64,000 nt of DNA from Octopus vulgaris (lineage: Eukaryota), in assembly GCA_951406725.2 (NCBI GenBank), contig OX597840.1, positions 15,128,001 to 15,192,000 of the forward strand. Direction: 5' to 3'. Below are positions 12,054 to 24,938 of this stretch, in pieces (the stretch's first letter is position 1; every line of letters begins with the position of its first letter). The translations under genes and the position numbers were made by a program. The notes beneath the pieces are model-generated. The model did no database searches. It was not told where the DNA came from and was given only the letters and a program-made list of their open reading frames with translations.

Positions 12054-13580
12054 AAAGTATGTAAGAGAGTCTTAGCAAGACCACTGCAGTCCCTCTTTCA
12101 GAGCTTCCTTGCAGCTGGCAAGCTTCCAAGGGGACTGAAGGAAGGTAAAATATGCCCTATTCATAAAGGAGGTAGCAGAGCGGAGGCAAAGAACTACAGA
12201 CCTATCTCTCTGACCTCACACATCAGCAAGGTCATGGAACGAATAGTCAGAAGGAAACTAATCACCTTCCTTGAAGAAAATGACTTGCTGCCTGACACCC
12301 AACATGGTTTCCGACCAGGAAGAAGCTGCTTAACTCAGCTCCTGCAGCACTATGACTGGGTGCTGAAACAACTGCTCAACCACTCAAATGTGGAAGTCAT
12401 ATATCTCGACTTCGCAAAGGCCTTCGATAAAGTCGATCACGGAATGATATGTCACAGGTTGCGTGATCTTGGCATAGTTGGAAAACTAGGAGAATGGCTT
12501 CACGACTTTCTGAAGAATAGAAGTCAGGTGGTAGTAGCCAATGGGGCCACTTCCATTAACACGCAAATAATGAGTGGTGTTCCACAGGGCACTGTTTTGG
12601 GACCACTACTGTTCATAATGGCCCTCTCAGACATGCCCTCAGCCACGCAGAGATCCACGATCACAAGTTATGCAGATGATACAAAAGTTTCACAGGCAAT
12701 ACAGAACCCTGAGGACACTAAAAACCTGCAATGTGAGCTGGACGAAATATACAAGTGGGCTGAAAAGAATAGCATGCAGTTCAATGCTGGAAAGTTTCAA
12801 GCTTTATACTATCAGCATGCAAAACTGAATGCAATACCCAATGAATACACTGGACCCGGAGGGATTGCAATCCCAGAGGCACAATCAGTGCGTGACCTGG
12901 GTATTCACATGAGTGATGACGCGACCTTTCATGTACATGTTGCTAAACTGACAGTGAAATGTAGACGGCTGGCTGGCTGGATTCTTAGAACCTTTAGAAC
13001 AAGAGAACAAGAAACCATGATGGTCCTCTGGAAGACACTTGTCCTAAGCCACTTTGACTATTGCTCTCAGCTATGGTCACCATCCAGTGTCAAGTTGATC
13101 ACAGAACTTGAGGCGATCCAACGAAGCTACACAAAGAAGATAGCCTCTATGCAGAATGTAAGCTACTGGGAAAGACTCAAGAGATTAAAATTATACTCCC
13201 TGGAGCGTAGGCGGGAAAGATATGCCATAATATACATCTGGAAGATCCTGGAGGGAAGTGTCCTGAACTTTGGCATCGAGAGTTACACAAATGCCAGAAC
13301 TGGGCGCCACTGCGTGGTGCCTAGGACTCCAAACCTGCCATCAAGATGTAGGACAAGATTCTGTGATAGCCTGGGCTTCCGAGGCCCACAGCTCTTCAAT
13401 ATCCTCCCGAAGAACCTGAGAGACCTGCATGGGGTGGATACAGATGTCTTTAAAATGAAGCTGGATCTCTTCCTGTCTGGTGTCCCAGATGAACCAACTT
13501 CACGGCAGGAGGGGCAGATGAGGGCAGCTGCATCGAACTCTCTCATGCACCAAATAGCAGTTGCTAGAAAGCCCCCATGA
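12054..13580 (+). CDS. 5'-truncated non-LTR retrotransposon reverse transcriptase (CR1 superfamily ORF2, partial)
   Basis: Open frame from 12054 (KVCK...NYRPISLTS) through the 12234 ATG; motifs QHGFRPGRSC, YLDFAKAFDKV, SGVPQGTVLGPLLF, YADD, RDLG, YWERLKRLKLYSLERRR; no stops or frameshifts. Confidence 0.95.
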   Translation, partial: KVCKRVLARPLQSLFQSFLAAGKLPRGLKEGKICPIHKGGSRAEAKNYRPISLTSHISKVMERIVRRKLITFLEENDLLPDTQHGFRPGRSCLTQLLQHYDWVLKQLLNHSNVEVIYLDFAKAFDKVDHGMICHRLRDLGIVGKLGEWLHDFLKNRSQVVVANGATSINTQIMSGVPQGTVLGPLLFIMALSDMPSATQRSTITSYADDTKVSQAIQNPEDTKNLQCELDEIYKWAEKNSMQFNAGKFQALYYQHAKLNAIPNEYTGPGGIAIPEAQSVRDLGIHMSDDATFHVHVAKLTVKCRRLAGWILRTFRTREQETMMVLWKTLVLSHFDYCSQLWSPSSVKLITELEAIQRSYTKKIASMQNVSYWERLKRLKLYSLERRRERYAIIYIWKILEGSVLNFGIESYTNARTGRHCVVPRTPNLPSRCRTRFCDSLGFRGPQLFNILPKNLRDLHGVDTDVFKMKLDLFLSGVPDEPTSRQEGQMRAAASNSLMHQIAVARKPP

Positions 13581-13672
13581 AGTAAAACCAAGTAGCAACA
13601 CCAAATGGCGGTGCCCCAGCATGGCCACAGCTCACAGGCTGGAACTGGAATCAATCAATCAATCAATCAATC
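12054..13672 (+). mobile_element. Young CR1-superfamily LINE, 5'-truncated, (AATC)n tail, inserted in (TA)n
   Basis: RT ORF, short 3' UTR, (aatc)6 tail at 13649-13672, TA runs on both flanks. Confidence 0.92.
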
Positions 13673-13917
13673 ATATATATTATATTTTGTGAAATTTGAT
13701 TTAGTATTTCTAAATTGAATTTTTCCCTGTAAGTTTGGAATGATATTCCCTCATATTATTATTATTATATATATGTATATATATACATACATACCAAAAT
13801 TTGGGAACAGAGTAGATAAAATCCAGACTACATATTTTTCAAAGCTAGCAGAACCTTGGAAGTAGTAATTGCTGAGGAGTAATCTGCTAGCTACTCATCA
13901 GGCCAAAGATAGCTTAA

Positions 13918-14126
13918 CCCTTTTGATACTAAGCCGGCTGAAACTGCCTCTGGCTCTATAGTACAAATGTCTTATTTTCAAAAGTTCTGAGTTAAAATCT
14001 TCCACCAAATCTTAGTCACAATTTATGTTCCTAACATTAGCTGAATGATAACTAAGTTATTTTACTAAATTCTTTGTTATATCTAAAATAATGGAGAGAA
14101 ACAAAATAAATACAGTAACGAAAGGG
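13918..14126. mobile_element. piggyBac-type MITE
   Basis: TTAA-CCCTTTTGATAC ... GTAACGAAAGGG-TTAA. Confidence 0.85.
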
Positions 14127-14230
14127 TTAATTAAATGTAGCTTACACTACCGTCAAGGGATCCCATGTCAACTTGCTGGAGTAAGCTCAAAGCTTACTAA
14201 CTTTCTACACCTTGATCTTTAGATCTTACC

Positions 14231-14270
<40 letters not shown>

Positions 14271-14506
14271 CCTATGGATCTTACCTTTACATATATATAT
14301 ATTTATAAATGTTCAACTTACAAGGGAAAATCCAGCAGAACAGTTTCAAGGTAGCCAGATGTCACATAAGCACCTAAAAAATTAGTAATCACACTTGTGT
14401 GGATGTTAATTCCAAGGAGAAGTGAGACGTGTTTTGGAGAAAATAAGAATAATGGAAAATGGAGACAAATGCAGAAGATGTTATTTAAATTATTTATGTC
14501 ACCAAA

Positions 14507-14588
14507 TCCCCAACATGTTTTGACTGATGCATTAAAATAAATCTGAGAGGAAGAATAATGTGGAATAATGCATCAATCTCATCAGGGA
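14507..14588 (-). ncRNA. Type-I hammerhead ribozyme motif (GAAA mutated)
   Basis: Minus strand: CC-CTGATGA-GATTGATGCATT...AATGCATCAGTC-AAAAC-AT-GTT-GGG; 12-bp helix II. Confidence 0.6.
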
Positions 14589-14809
14589 GGAGATTATAAA
14601 CAACAGTGCTCGTGAATAAGTCATTTTTACAGATGTAAAAAACTACAATATATAATATATATATATGGAAATCAAAGGTGGATAGGGAATTTTTAAATTA
14701 CTAGCATTCCCTATCTACCATTGTTTTCTAGATACATATAAATTATATATTGTAGTGTCTTATATCTGAAAAAATGACTTATTGACGAGCACTGTTGTTT
14801 ATAATCTCT

Positions 14810-14892
14810 TCCCTGATGAGATTGATACATTTTTCCACATTATTCTTCCTCTTGGATTTTATTTTAATGCATCTTTTGAAACATATGTTGGT
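14810..14892 (+). ncRNA. Type-I hammerhead ribozyme motif (helix II degraded)
   Basis: CTGATGA at 14813-14819, GAAAC at 14878-14882, followed by ATATGTTGG. Confidence 0.55.
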
Positions 14893-14957
14893 GATGTGGT
14901 GATATAAATAATTTAAATAACATATTGTGCATTTGTGTCCATTTTCCATTATTCTTA

Positions 14958-16470
<1,513 letters not shown>

Positions 16471-17400
16471 TGTGTTGTTGTGGTTTAGGAGAGTTATTAT
16501 ACCAATATTAATAACACACACGCAGGTTCAGTTTCACCCTAACTACTGAGCCATGCACCTTCACACATATACACATACATGAATACAAATATAAACGCCT
16601 ACATGCAGATGTATAAAACACACACACTCATGAATACATATATAGGTGTCTACACACAAGCACATAAACTCCCATACATGATGACAAATATAAATGCATA
16701 ATTGAAACTACAAGCTGTTAGAGGTCCACAAATATGAAGAAATTTCGTTGGTGTATATTATGAGAACTGAATTTCAATCAGTTTGATTTTTTTATTGAAT
16801 TGTCTTTGGTTCTATGGAAATTAGGGGAAGCACTTCAAGAATACAAAGTTTCATTATTTCTTTCAAATCAGTAAAAAACAATATAATGCTCTATTTTTGA
16901 ACAACTTCAAGAGTTATGTATAATAGTGGATCTCCCATTGAGAAGTTGCATTATTGATTCATGCACTCATAGATGTGTGTGTGTGTGTGTGTGTTTTATG
17001 AATAAAATTGTCGTAAATAATACAGACAAGAGGATTTAACAGGAAGATTGAAAAAACAGCACAGACAGACATGCTAAAATGTGACCCTTTTATCAGTTAC
17101 TAACTAAGGATTATAACAATATTGTCACCTATTTCTCATTTCACTGGTTCTCATAACCTGTTAGGGGTACAAGGATACAGATGAGTATGTGTGAAGAATG
17201 ATCAAAGATGAGAGAAATATGAGTAAAAGTAAGGAAACAATGAGGAATTTAGGAATTTAGGGAGAGGAAACGAACAATGGGTCACTAACAGATTGCCTTA
17301 TGACTTCCACAATAATGTAAAGTAATGCAAGGAAGAAAATAGTTTAACACTTAGAGGTTCTGTTGTCTATCTGGGTTTTTTTTCCATGATACATATTTCA

Positions 17401-17581
17401 GGCATAGGAGTGGCTGTGTGGTAAGTAGCTTCCTTACGAACCACATGGTTCCAGGTTCAGTCCCACTGTGTGGCACCTTGGGCAAGTGTCTTCTACTATA
17501 GCCTTGGGCTGACCAAAGCCTTGTGAGTGGATTTGGTAGACAGAAACTGAAAGAGGCCTGTCGTATGTGTATATATCTATA

Positions 17582-17616
<35 letters not shown>

Positions 17617-17830
17617 GTATGTATATGTTTGTGTGTCTGTGTTTGTCCCTCCAACATCACTTGACAGTCGATGCTGGTGTGTTTACATCCCTGTAACTGA
17701 GCGGTTCGGCAAAAGAGACTGATAGAATAAGTACTATGCTTACAAAGAATAAGTCCTGCGGTCAATTTGCTCCACTAAAGTGCTCCAGCATGGCCACAGT
17801 CAAATGACTGAAACAAGTAAAAGAGTAAAG
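17401..17830 (+). mobile_element. Full-length SINE family A
   Basis: Head, CORE-like block, internal microsatellite, tail ending agtaaaagag. Confidence 0.92.
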
Positions 17831-18180
17831 ACTATATTTGATGGCAAACTAAACACACTCCAATTTCAACAGCATGTAATCAGGAGAGAAAGTTTTCAGT
17901 GCATTAAAGCTAATGAGACCCCAGTATCTGATACTTTTTATATAATTTTTATAATTTTGTTTGACATATTTTTTAAATAAACACTTCTTAAATGCCAATA
18001 TGGTATATATGTACAGAATTTCTGGATTAAATTTGACAGTTTGCATTAAAGGAATACAAAACAAATTATTTCATCCAAAAATAAAAGTATTTAAAAAAGT
18101 ACAGTTCTATATTTAAGAGATGAGGAATTATGTACATTATTTACATTCGACGGATATTTGTCCTAATCTTGTTTGTTGTT

Positions 18181-18226
18181 AACACAATGTTTCGGCTGAT
18201 ATACCCTCCAGCTTTCTTCTGGTGTC
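18181..18226 (-). ncRNA. Minimal type-I hammerhead motif (inverted copy)
   Basis: Minus strand: GACAC-CAGAAGA-A-AGCTG-gagggtatat-CAGCC-GAAAC-ATT-GTGTT. Confidence 0.6.
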
Positions 18227-18406
18227 TTGGGGAAACAAGCCCATGGGCATATGGCGTAGTGATTAAGAACACGGGCTACTAACCCCAAGATTCTGAGTTC
18301 AATTCCAAGTAGTGACCTGAACAATAATAATTATAATAATAATAATAATAATAATAATGTCGAAAAATACCTTAGGAATGAGAACCCGGGTTTGAAATTT
18401 CCCCAA

Positions 18407-18452
18407 GACACCTGAAGAAGGCTGGAGGGTATATCAGCCCAAACATTGTGTT
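18407..18452 (+). ncRNA. Minimal type-I hammerhead motif
   Basis: GACAC-CTGAAGA-A-GGCTG-gagggtatat-CAGCC-CAAAC-ATT-GTGTT; helix I GACAC/GTGTT, helix II GGCTG/CAGCC. Confidence 0.65.
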
Positions 18453-18524
18453 AAGATGAGGACAAATATCCATTGAATGTAAATAATATATTTTAAAAAG
18501 GTTAAAAAAATACCACTTATAATA

Positions 18525-19270
18525 TTGCAGGGAGACAAGAGTTTATTCAAAATAGCCACTGTCAGTTTAAACCATGGCCTCAAAACACCTCTGGAACTTG
18601 GTGAATGCATTCCTCGTTGTGTCACTAGGAAAATCTTTGAATGCCTCCTTGATCTTGGCCACTAGTTTGGCCTTGATGTTGCAAGCAGCACATACATAGT
18701 AATCCATGGAATTAGAAGACCAGAAATTGGGGCTGGTGAAAATCTCTGACAACCACTTCTCACTCTTTCTGGAAATATGGCAAGGAGCCAAATTTGCTGC
18801 AATGCATAAGGCCTTCTAGAAGCAGCCCTCTCTAACCATGGATTGATCACAGGCTCCAACAGCTTTACATGGCCATCTGAAATGAGTTTAAGGCCCTGAT
18901 CAAAGATGGGGCAATGAATTCCAGCTTGTGAATACAGTCAGATTGCCTGCTGTGTCCTTTCCAGCTGGCCATAGTTTCATAATCTCTGTTGCAGCTTTCC
19001 ATGTCATGTCTTACAGCCTTTACAGTGTTCACAGAACATTGAGCAGCAGTTGTGAGAGCAGTTTTCACATCCAGTGCAAATCATCACAATACATATAACT
19101 CTTTTCCAATATCCAAATGACTTCCAGTCCTCCATGTCAGCCAACTTTTTTCTCAGCTACGACTTTAATCTTTATGCAACCCCAACGCTTTTTGCTGTTA
19201 AGCAATACATCAAGCTGCTCCTGAAAAAAGGTGAGATAAAAGAAGCCATCAAATTTAGCCTGGAAACCCT
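18525..19270 (-). mobile_element. Degenerate Tc1/mariner (maT-like) transposon
   Basis: Minus-strand remnants NFWSSNSMDYYV (cf. WPPxSPDLNPxDY) and NAFTKFQRCFEAMV; terminus tatagggtttccaggc. Confidence 0.7.
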
Positions 19271-19907
19271 ATATATATATATATATATACATACACACAT
19301 TCATACATACATACACATATACATGCACATAAACGTATATATATCTCATTGCTATTATGCAAAAGTGTTGTAAGTCCAAAACATTGCTTTTTCAGAAAAC
19401 ATAAAAATAGTTTCACCATACCATTTCTTTTTACATTAGCAACAGATACAGCTTAACAATAATTCTTTGTTGGGGGCATAAAATCCTAACTCCATGCCTG
19501 TATGATATTTTCAGGCAGAAATATTCTTGCAAAACTGTCGTATGTGGGACTTAGTACATTTTTGAAAAATGCTAAACTGTTCTACTACACTCTGACAATT
19601 TTCATATCTTGGCATCTGAAGCAGCTTGAACTATCTGAAGATAGTTTGACCAAAAGAACCAGCTATCGCAAACAAAATTAAATACTGCAAAAATGCATTT
19701 GGCCAAATTTGGACATTTAACATAATAGCAACGATATATATATATATATATAAATTAGAGATAAAACCACTATTATGCAATTCAAACAATGATAGACATA
19801 AACCCAATTATAAATAAAAAATAAAATATATTTTTATAAAACATATAACTAGATCACAAAAAGTATAAAAATGAATAATCAATATATAAGTGAATATAAT
19901 ATATATA

Positions 19908-20726
19908 CAGGGTGCAGTGAATAAACTGTCATCTAAATTATGCAAAAATGAAAATAACACTGATATCTCATTTTAACAGATATATTTACCCAAATTGCAT
20001 AAAGATATCTTGAAATACTAAAGAATAAATTTATTCAGTAAAATTGTCATTGGCTTCAACCATGGCCTCCTGACGACTTCAGAATCTCCTGCAACTCTTA
20101 TGGATGATCTCCTTGTTTAAATTGGTGAATGTTGCCAGAATCCTTGCCTTCGTTTAATCTTTGGTGTTACAAGGAGTTTTGTTGGTCTCTCACTCAACTG
20201 TGCCCCACACATAATAATCAAGGTAGTTGCAGTCTGGGGAGTTAGAAGTGATGTGGTCACAGAAATTGTCTGACAGCTATGACTGGGTTCTCCTGCTTGT
20301 TTGGCATGATGCAGAGTCCTGTTGCCAGACAGGGTGTTCCAGTAGCCAGCCTCGTCACTCAGGGCAGCACTACCTACTCAAGGCACGTGATGTAGGCCTT
20401 GTTGAGTCTGAGGGTGCGTTGGAAGATGAACGTAGGCATAACATGACCATCACTAGCAAACACTCCAAACACCGTGATGTTGACTGGATGTTTGATTTTT
20501 ATCACTCTCGGTACATGTCCACAGATTGCACTGTCCTCAGATTGAGACCTAAATACTCAGAAATGTTCATATTGGAGTTTCCGGCATGAATGCCAAGCAG
20601 CACAATATGTCATTTCGAAATTTCTGGCAGAGTGAATTGTGTCATAATACTGTTTTTCTCCCAGATGGTGCCCAACTGACCCTACTACACTGTGTAGTCA
20701 ACAAAATCAAAAACAATGTGCATGCA
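19908..20726 (-). mobile_element. Degenerate Tc1/mariner (maT-like) transposon, cut off by the PLE insertion
   Basis: TA-CAGGGTG terminus; minus-strand SNSPDCNYLDYYVWG and EAMVEAN C-terminus. Confidence 0.75.
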
Positions 20727-20781
20727 CTTCATAATTTTCTATTTCATGCATGCACATTGATTGTTTTTGATTTTGTTGACT

Positions 20782-21072
20782 GGCCTCATTTACTGCATTA
20801 AATGCAACCTCTGTGGGATGCTTTATGTAGGTCAGACGGGTTGCCGACTGGCCGACCAGTTCACCGAACATCTAAGGGATGTTCAGCTACGTTCCAACAC
20901 TCCTGTCGCCCGTCACTTCCGCTTGGCCAACCATTCCCCCTCTAACATCTCTGTGTTTCGCCTCACCCTACACAATGGATCGCCACAATCTAGGCTTCCC
21001 TTGGAACAGCGACATATATTCAATTTACAGACTAATATCCCGCACGGACTTAACACAGCTCCCTCCTCTTAG
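20782..21072 (+). pseudogene. Penelope-like element GIY-YIG endonuclease (5'-truncated ORF)
   Basis: GLIYCIKCNLCGMLYVGQTG...EH...VARHF...LEQRHIFNLQT..PHGLN: GIY-YIG motif with the PLE CCHH residues and terminal GLN. Confidence 0.9.
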
Positions 21073-22031
21073 TGACTGCCTCTACACCTTTCGCAACAAG
21101 CAACTTTATTTCTTCTTTCTTCTCTTCTCTTTTTCATTTTTCATTCCTTACGTGCAATTACATCTTTTATATTGGATCAACTTCCTTTTATTTTATTGTT
21201 TTTATAATTTTTTGTTCTTTATTGTTTATAATTTAATGTTTTTATAAATTATCGTTTTTGTACAGGAACACATACACACACGCATACATACACATATACA
21301 CACACCCACATACACCCACGCATATACACACATGTGCGTACACATACACACACGTACACAAACGTACAGACACACATACCTTTAGACACACACACATATA
21401 AACGTACACACAACCACATACACGCACATACTCAAGCACACGTGCGTACACACAACAAAATGCACACAACTTGACACGACACACATCTCCACGTTCACAC
21501 ACACACATACACAAAGTAAAGCACAGTTATTCGCCACACACACAACCTCTACGCATACACCTACGAACACACACATACATACACACACACACACTCACAC
21601 TACAAACAAAACACACACACACAATACATATACATACACGCACACACACTTCAAACTACCAGTACCTTTCACTGACCATTCTTCCAAGCACATGGGTAGA
21701 TAGACACAAGAGCCACTCCTACTTCATTCGTCCTTGACCTTAAACAATACTAAGCCCTACAACACACAAAAATTAACAGCCACAACCACACACACACACA
21801 CACACACACACACGTGTTATCATTGCACACATACATACATGCGCACACGCAGACCTGCATGCACGCACATATCCACACTTACACACACATACCTCCTCTT
21901 GCACTCTCCTGTCTTTGAAAGAACTTTTTCTTCACCCATTCCCTTCCGGTCATTCAAAATGTGACCATGCGTGTACCGTTGGCAATTTTTTTCCTTCCAT
22001 CTTCCCTTCTTTGGATCTTTCCTTTTCCTAT

Positions 22032-22066
22032 GTTACTGACGAAGAGCTCCGCTCGAAACGTTAAAC
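22032..22066 (+). ncRNA. Minimal type-I hammerhead ribozyme of the PLE
   Basis: GTTA-CTGACGA-A-GAGC-tcc-GCTC-GAAAC-GTT-AAAC; intact core with the palindromic AACGTT in place of helix III. Confidence 0.8.
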
Positions 22067-22799
22067 CCTCCTTCTTTCCTTCTTTCCTGAGCATCCAATA
22101 ATACTATACTTGTTCCACGTCCTCGTGTTGTTGTGTTTTCTCTTTGTGATTTCATGTTTGGATTAACTATATATATATCTTTCTATATATATATATATAT
22201 ATAATATTTTTTTATGAATATCACAAACATCCATGCTTTATCTGTACATCTAAAAGTACATATATAGGAGTGCATTTTTGTGAGTGCGCACAGATAAATG
22301 TAGATGTTAATCTATGTATGTGTATGTGGTATAAGAGGTGGGTGAGTTCAGCTATCCGGAGTTCGTTGCCATAACTATACATCAAAAGCCAATTCCACAA
22401 CAGAATGTGTGAAGGACAACAAAGAACTAGGACACACGGACACACACTTCCAAGAAAAATTAGTTTAGATTAGCTTATATATACACAATGTACATAGACA
22501 GGCATGCGTGCACAAGACCACACACGACACATAAATAAATTCATACAAGCAGATACACACATACACAGAACACAACCATGCACATATATACACAATAACA
22601 AGAAATGCAGATTGAGATGAAATACAAAAATACAAATGCGTGTGTGTGTGTCCTTCTGTGAGAGTGCATATGAGTGTGTGTGTGTGTGATCTCTTTATTC
22701 GGTTAACTTCGTTACAAAGTTAATTCTATTTCAGTTCTAGGTGAATCTGTACATGACTGGCAGCTAATTCTATGACAGTATGTGCATACATACATTATG

Positions 22800-22843
<44 letters not shown>

Positions 22844-23139
22844 TATATTTTTATATATATATATATGCACACACGCACGCACACACATATATACATATAT
22901 ATGTATATATGTGTGTGTACAGATAGAGATCTAGATATTGATATCTGTGCGTGTATATTTAAAGTTGCATATGAACACATAAGCACACACACGCATAACA
23001 ATATATGTCTTATACTATCAACTAGTATCAACTACTATTATACTAGTTATTTGTTGAAGCAGGAATGGTGCACAGCTAACTGTGTTTGTGTGTGGGGTGG
23101 TGGTGGTTGCTCAGTACAAGTGGTAGAGTATAGTTATAG

Positions 23140-24880
23140 GCACTGACATGGCAGTGTGGTGAGAAGCTTGCTTCAAAACCTCATGGTTCTGGGTTCAGTC
23201 CTACTGTGTGGCACCTTGAGAGTCTTCTGCTATAGCTTTGTGAGTGGATTTGGTAGATGGAAACTGAAAGAAGCCTACTGTGTAAATGTGTGTGTGTGTG
23301 TGTGTGTCTGTCTTTGTGTATGTGTATGTGTATATGTCCCCATAACTGAGCTGTTCAGCAAAAGCAATCAATAGAATAAGTACCAGGTTTTAAAAAAATA
23401 TTTAAGTCCTGGTGGAGTGGGGTCAATTCATTCAACAAAAATTCTTCAAAGCTTTGTCCCAGCATGGCCACAATCTAATGCCTCAAACAAGTGGCAGAAA
23501 GATAACAGAAAGAGAAACTCATTCTAGCCTGATGCCATTTGCCATTATTTAAATTTCCCCATTGATACGATAAGACAGATGGCACAAAGATGAATGCTGG
23601 AAAACATTTTCCTTTGTCCAAGATGGAATCTGCAGCTTATAGTTTTAGTTTGGTTTTGAAATAGTGAGACCCTGATATCATGAATTTTACTCATTGCATT
23701 TGTTCCAAGCATTGGATTGTGGCTATGCTGGAGCACTGCCTTCCAGGGTTCATCAAAGAAATTGACCTCAGTACTAATTTTGAATCTGGTTCTTATCTCT
23801 TGAATCCTTTTACTTGTTTCAGGCATTTGACTGTGGCCATGCTGGAGCACCACCCTTTAGTTGAAGAAATTGACCACAGTACTTCTATCAGTCTCTTCAG
23901 CAGAACCACAAAGTTACGGGGACATAAACGCACCAACATCAGTTGTCAAGCGATGGAAGGGGGACAAGCACACACACAAAGACACACACATAAACACACA
24001 CACACACATTTACACAATAGACTTCTTTCAGTTTCTGCCTACCAAATCCACTCACAAGGCTTTGGTTGGCCTGTGGCCATAGTTGAAAACACTTGTCCAA
24101 GTTGTCATGCAGTGGGACTGAACCCAGAACCATGTGGTTGGAAAGCAAACTTCTTACCATGCAACCACTCCTGCACCTAATTGGTCTATTCTTCTTGTTA
24201 GCCAAACTGTTAAGTCACTGTGACATAAACAAACCAACACAAGTTGTCAAGTGGTGAAGGAACAATTACAAACACAGTCACCCATGATGGGCTTCTCACA
24301 GTTTCCGTCTACGAGTTTCAATCACAATGCATATGGTAGGTCAGCCTGAGGCTATAGTTAATTGACACTTACCCAAGGTGTCACACAGTCAGACTAACCA
24401 GAACCATTTAGATGCAAAAAGACCATTGTAGCTATACAAACTTGCTTGCATCCCCCATCACACACACACACACACACACACATATATTCTTTTATTCTTT
24501 TATTTGTTTCAGTCAGTTTGACTGTGGCCATGCTGGAGCACCACCTTTAGTCAAACAAATCGACCCCAGGACTTATTCTTTTTGAACCTAATACTTATAC
24601 TATCAGTCTCATTTGCTGAACCACTAAGTTTATGGGAATGTAAACATGCCAACATCAGTTGTTAAGTGATGGTGGGGGGCAAACACAAACATACACACAC
24701 ACATGTATATTTACGACAAGCTTCTTTCAGCTTCCCCTCTACCAAATCCACTCACAAGGCTTTGGTCGGCCCGAGGCTATAGTAGAAGATACTTGTCCAA
24801 GGTGCCACGCAGTGGGACTGAACCCATGACCATGTGTTGGTAAGCAAGCTACTTACCACACAGCTACTCCTGGGCCTATA
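23140..24880. mobile_element. Cluster of ~5 family A SINEs (one +, the rest -)
   Basis: Repeated head and tail motifs at about 23140-23490(+), 23690-24178(-), 24185-24450(-) and 24487-24878(-). Confidence 0.85.
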
Positions 24881-24901
24881 TACATATATAGATATACATA
24901 C

Positions 24902-24938
<37 letters not shown>

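Larger units (their letters stand above)
18105..18488 (+). mobile_element. tRNA-headed element with hammerhead tail and inverted upstream tail copy (candidate Penelope-mobilised SINE)
   Basis: tRNA-like head 18245-18317, (AAT)n, tail 18359-18488; 18136-18235 is the reverse complement of 18398-18488. Confidence 0.7.
20782..22168 (+). mobile_element. 5'-truncated Penelope-like retroelement
   Basis: GIY-YIG, pyrimidine- and CA-rich UTR, then a terminal segment with a hammerhead, ending in (TA)n; related termini at 50780-50912 and 53950-54120. Confidence 0.8.

Noticed and set aside
13283-13654. 123-aa antisense ORF
   Set aside because: Shadow of the LINE RT ORF.
18245-18317. Possible tRNA gene (anticodon ACT)
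   Set aside because: Acceptor and T stems do not pair properly and there is no oligo-T terminator; treated as a SINE head, like the other tRNA-like heads.
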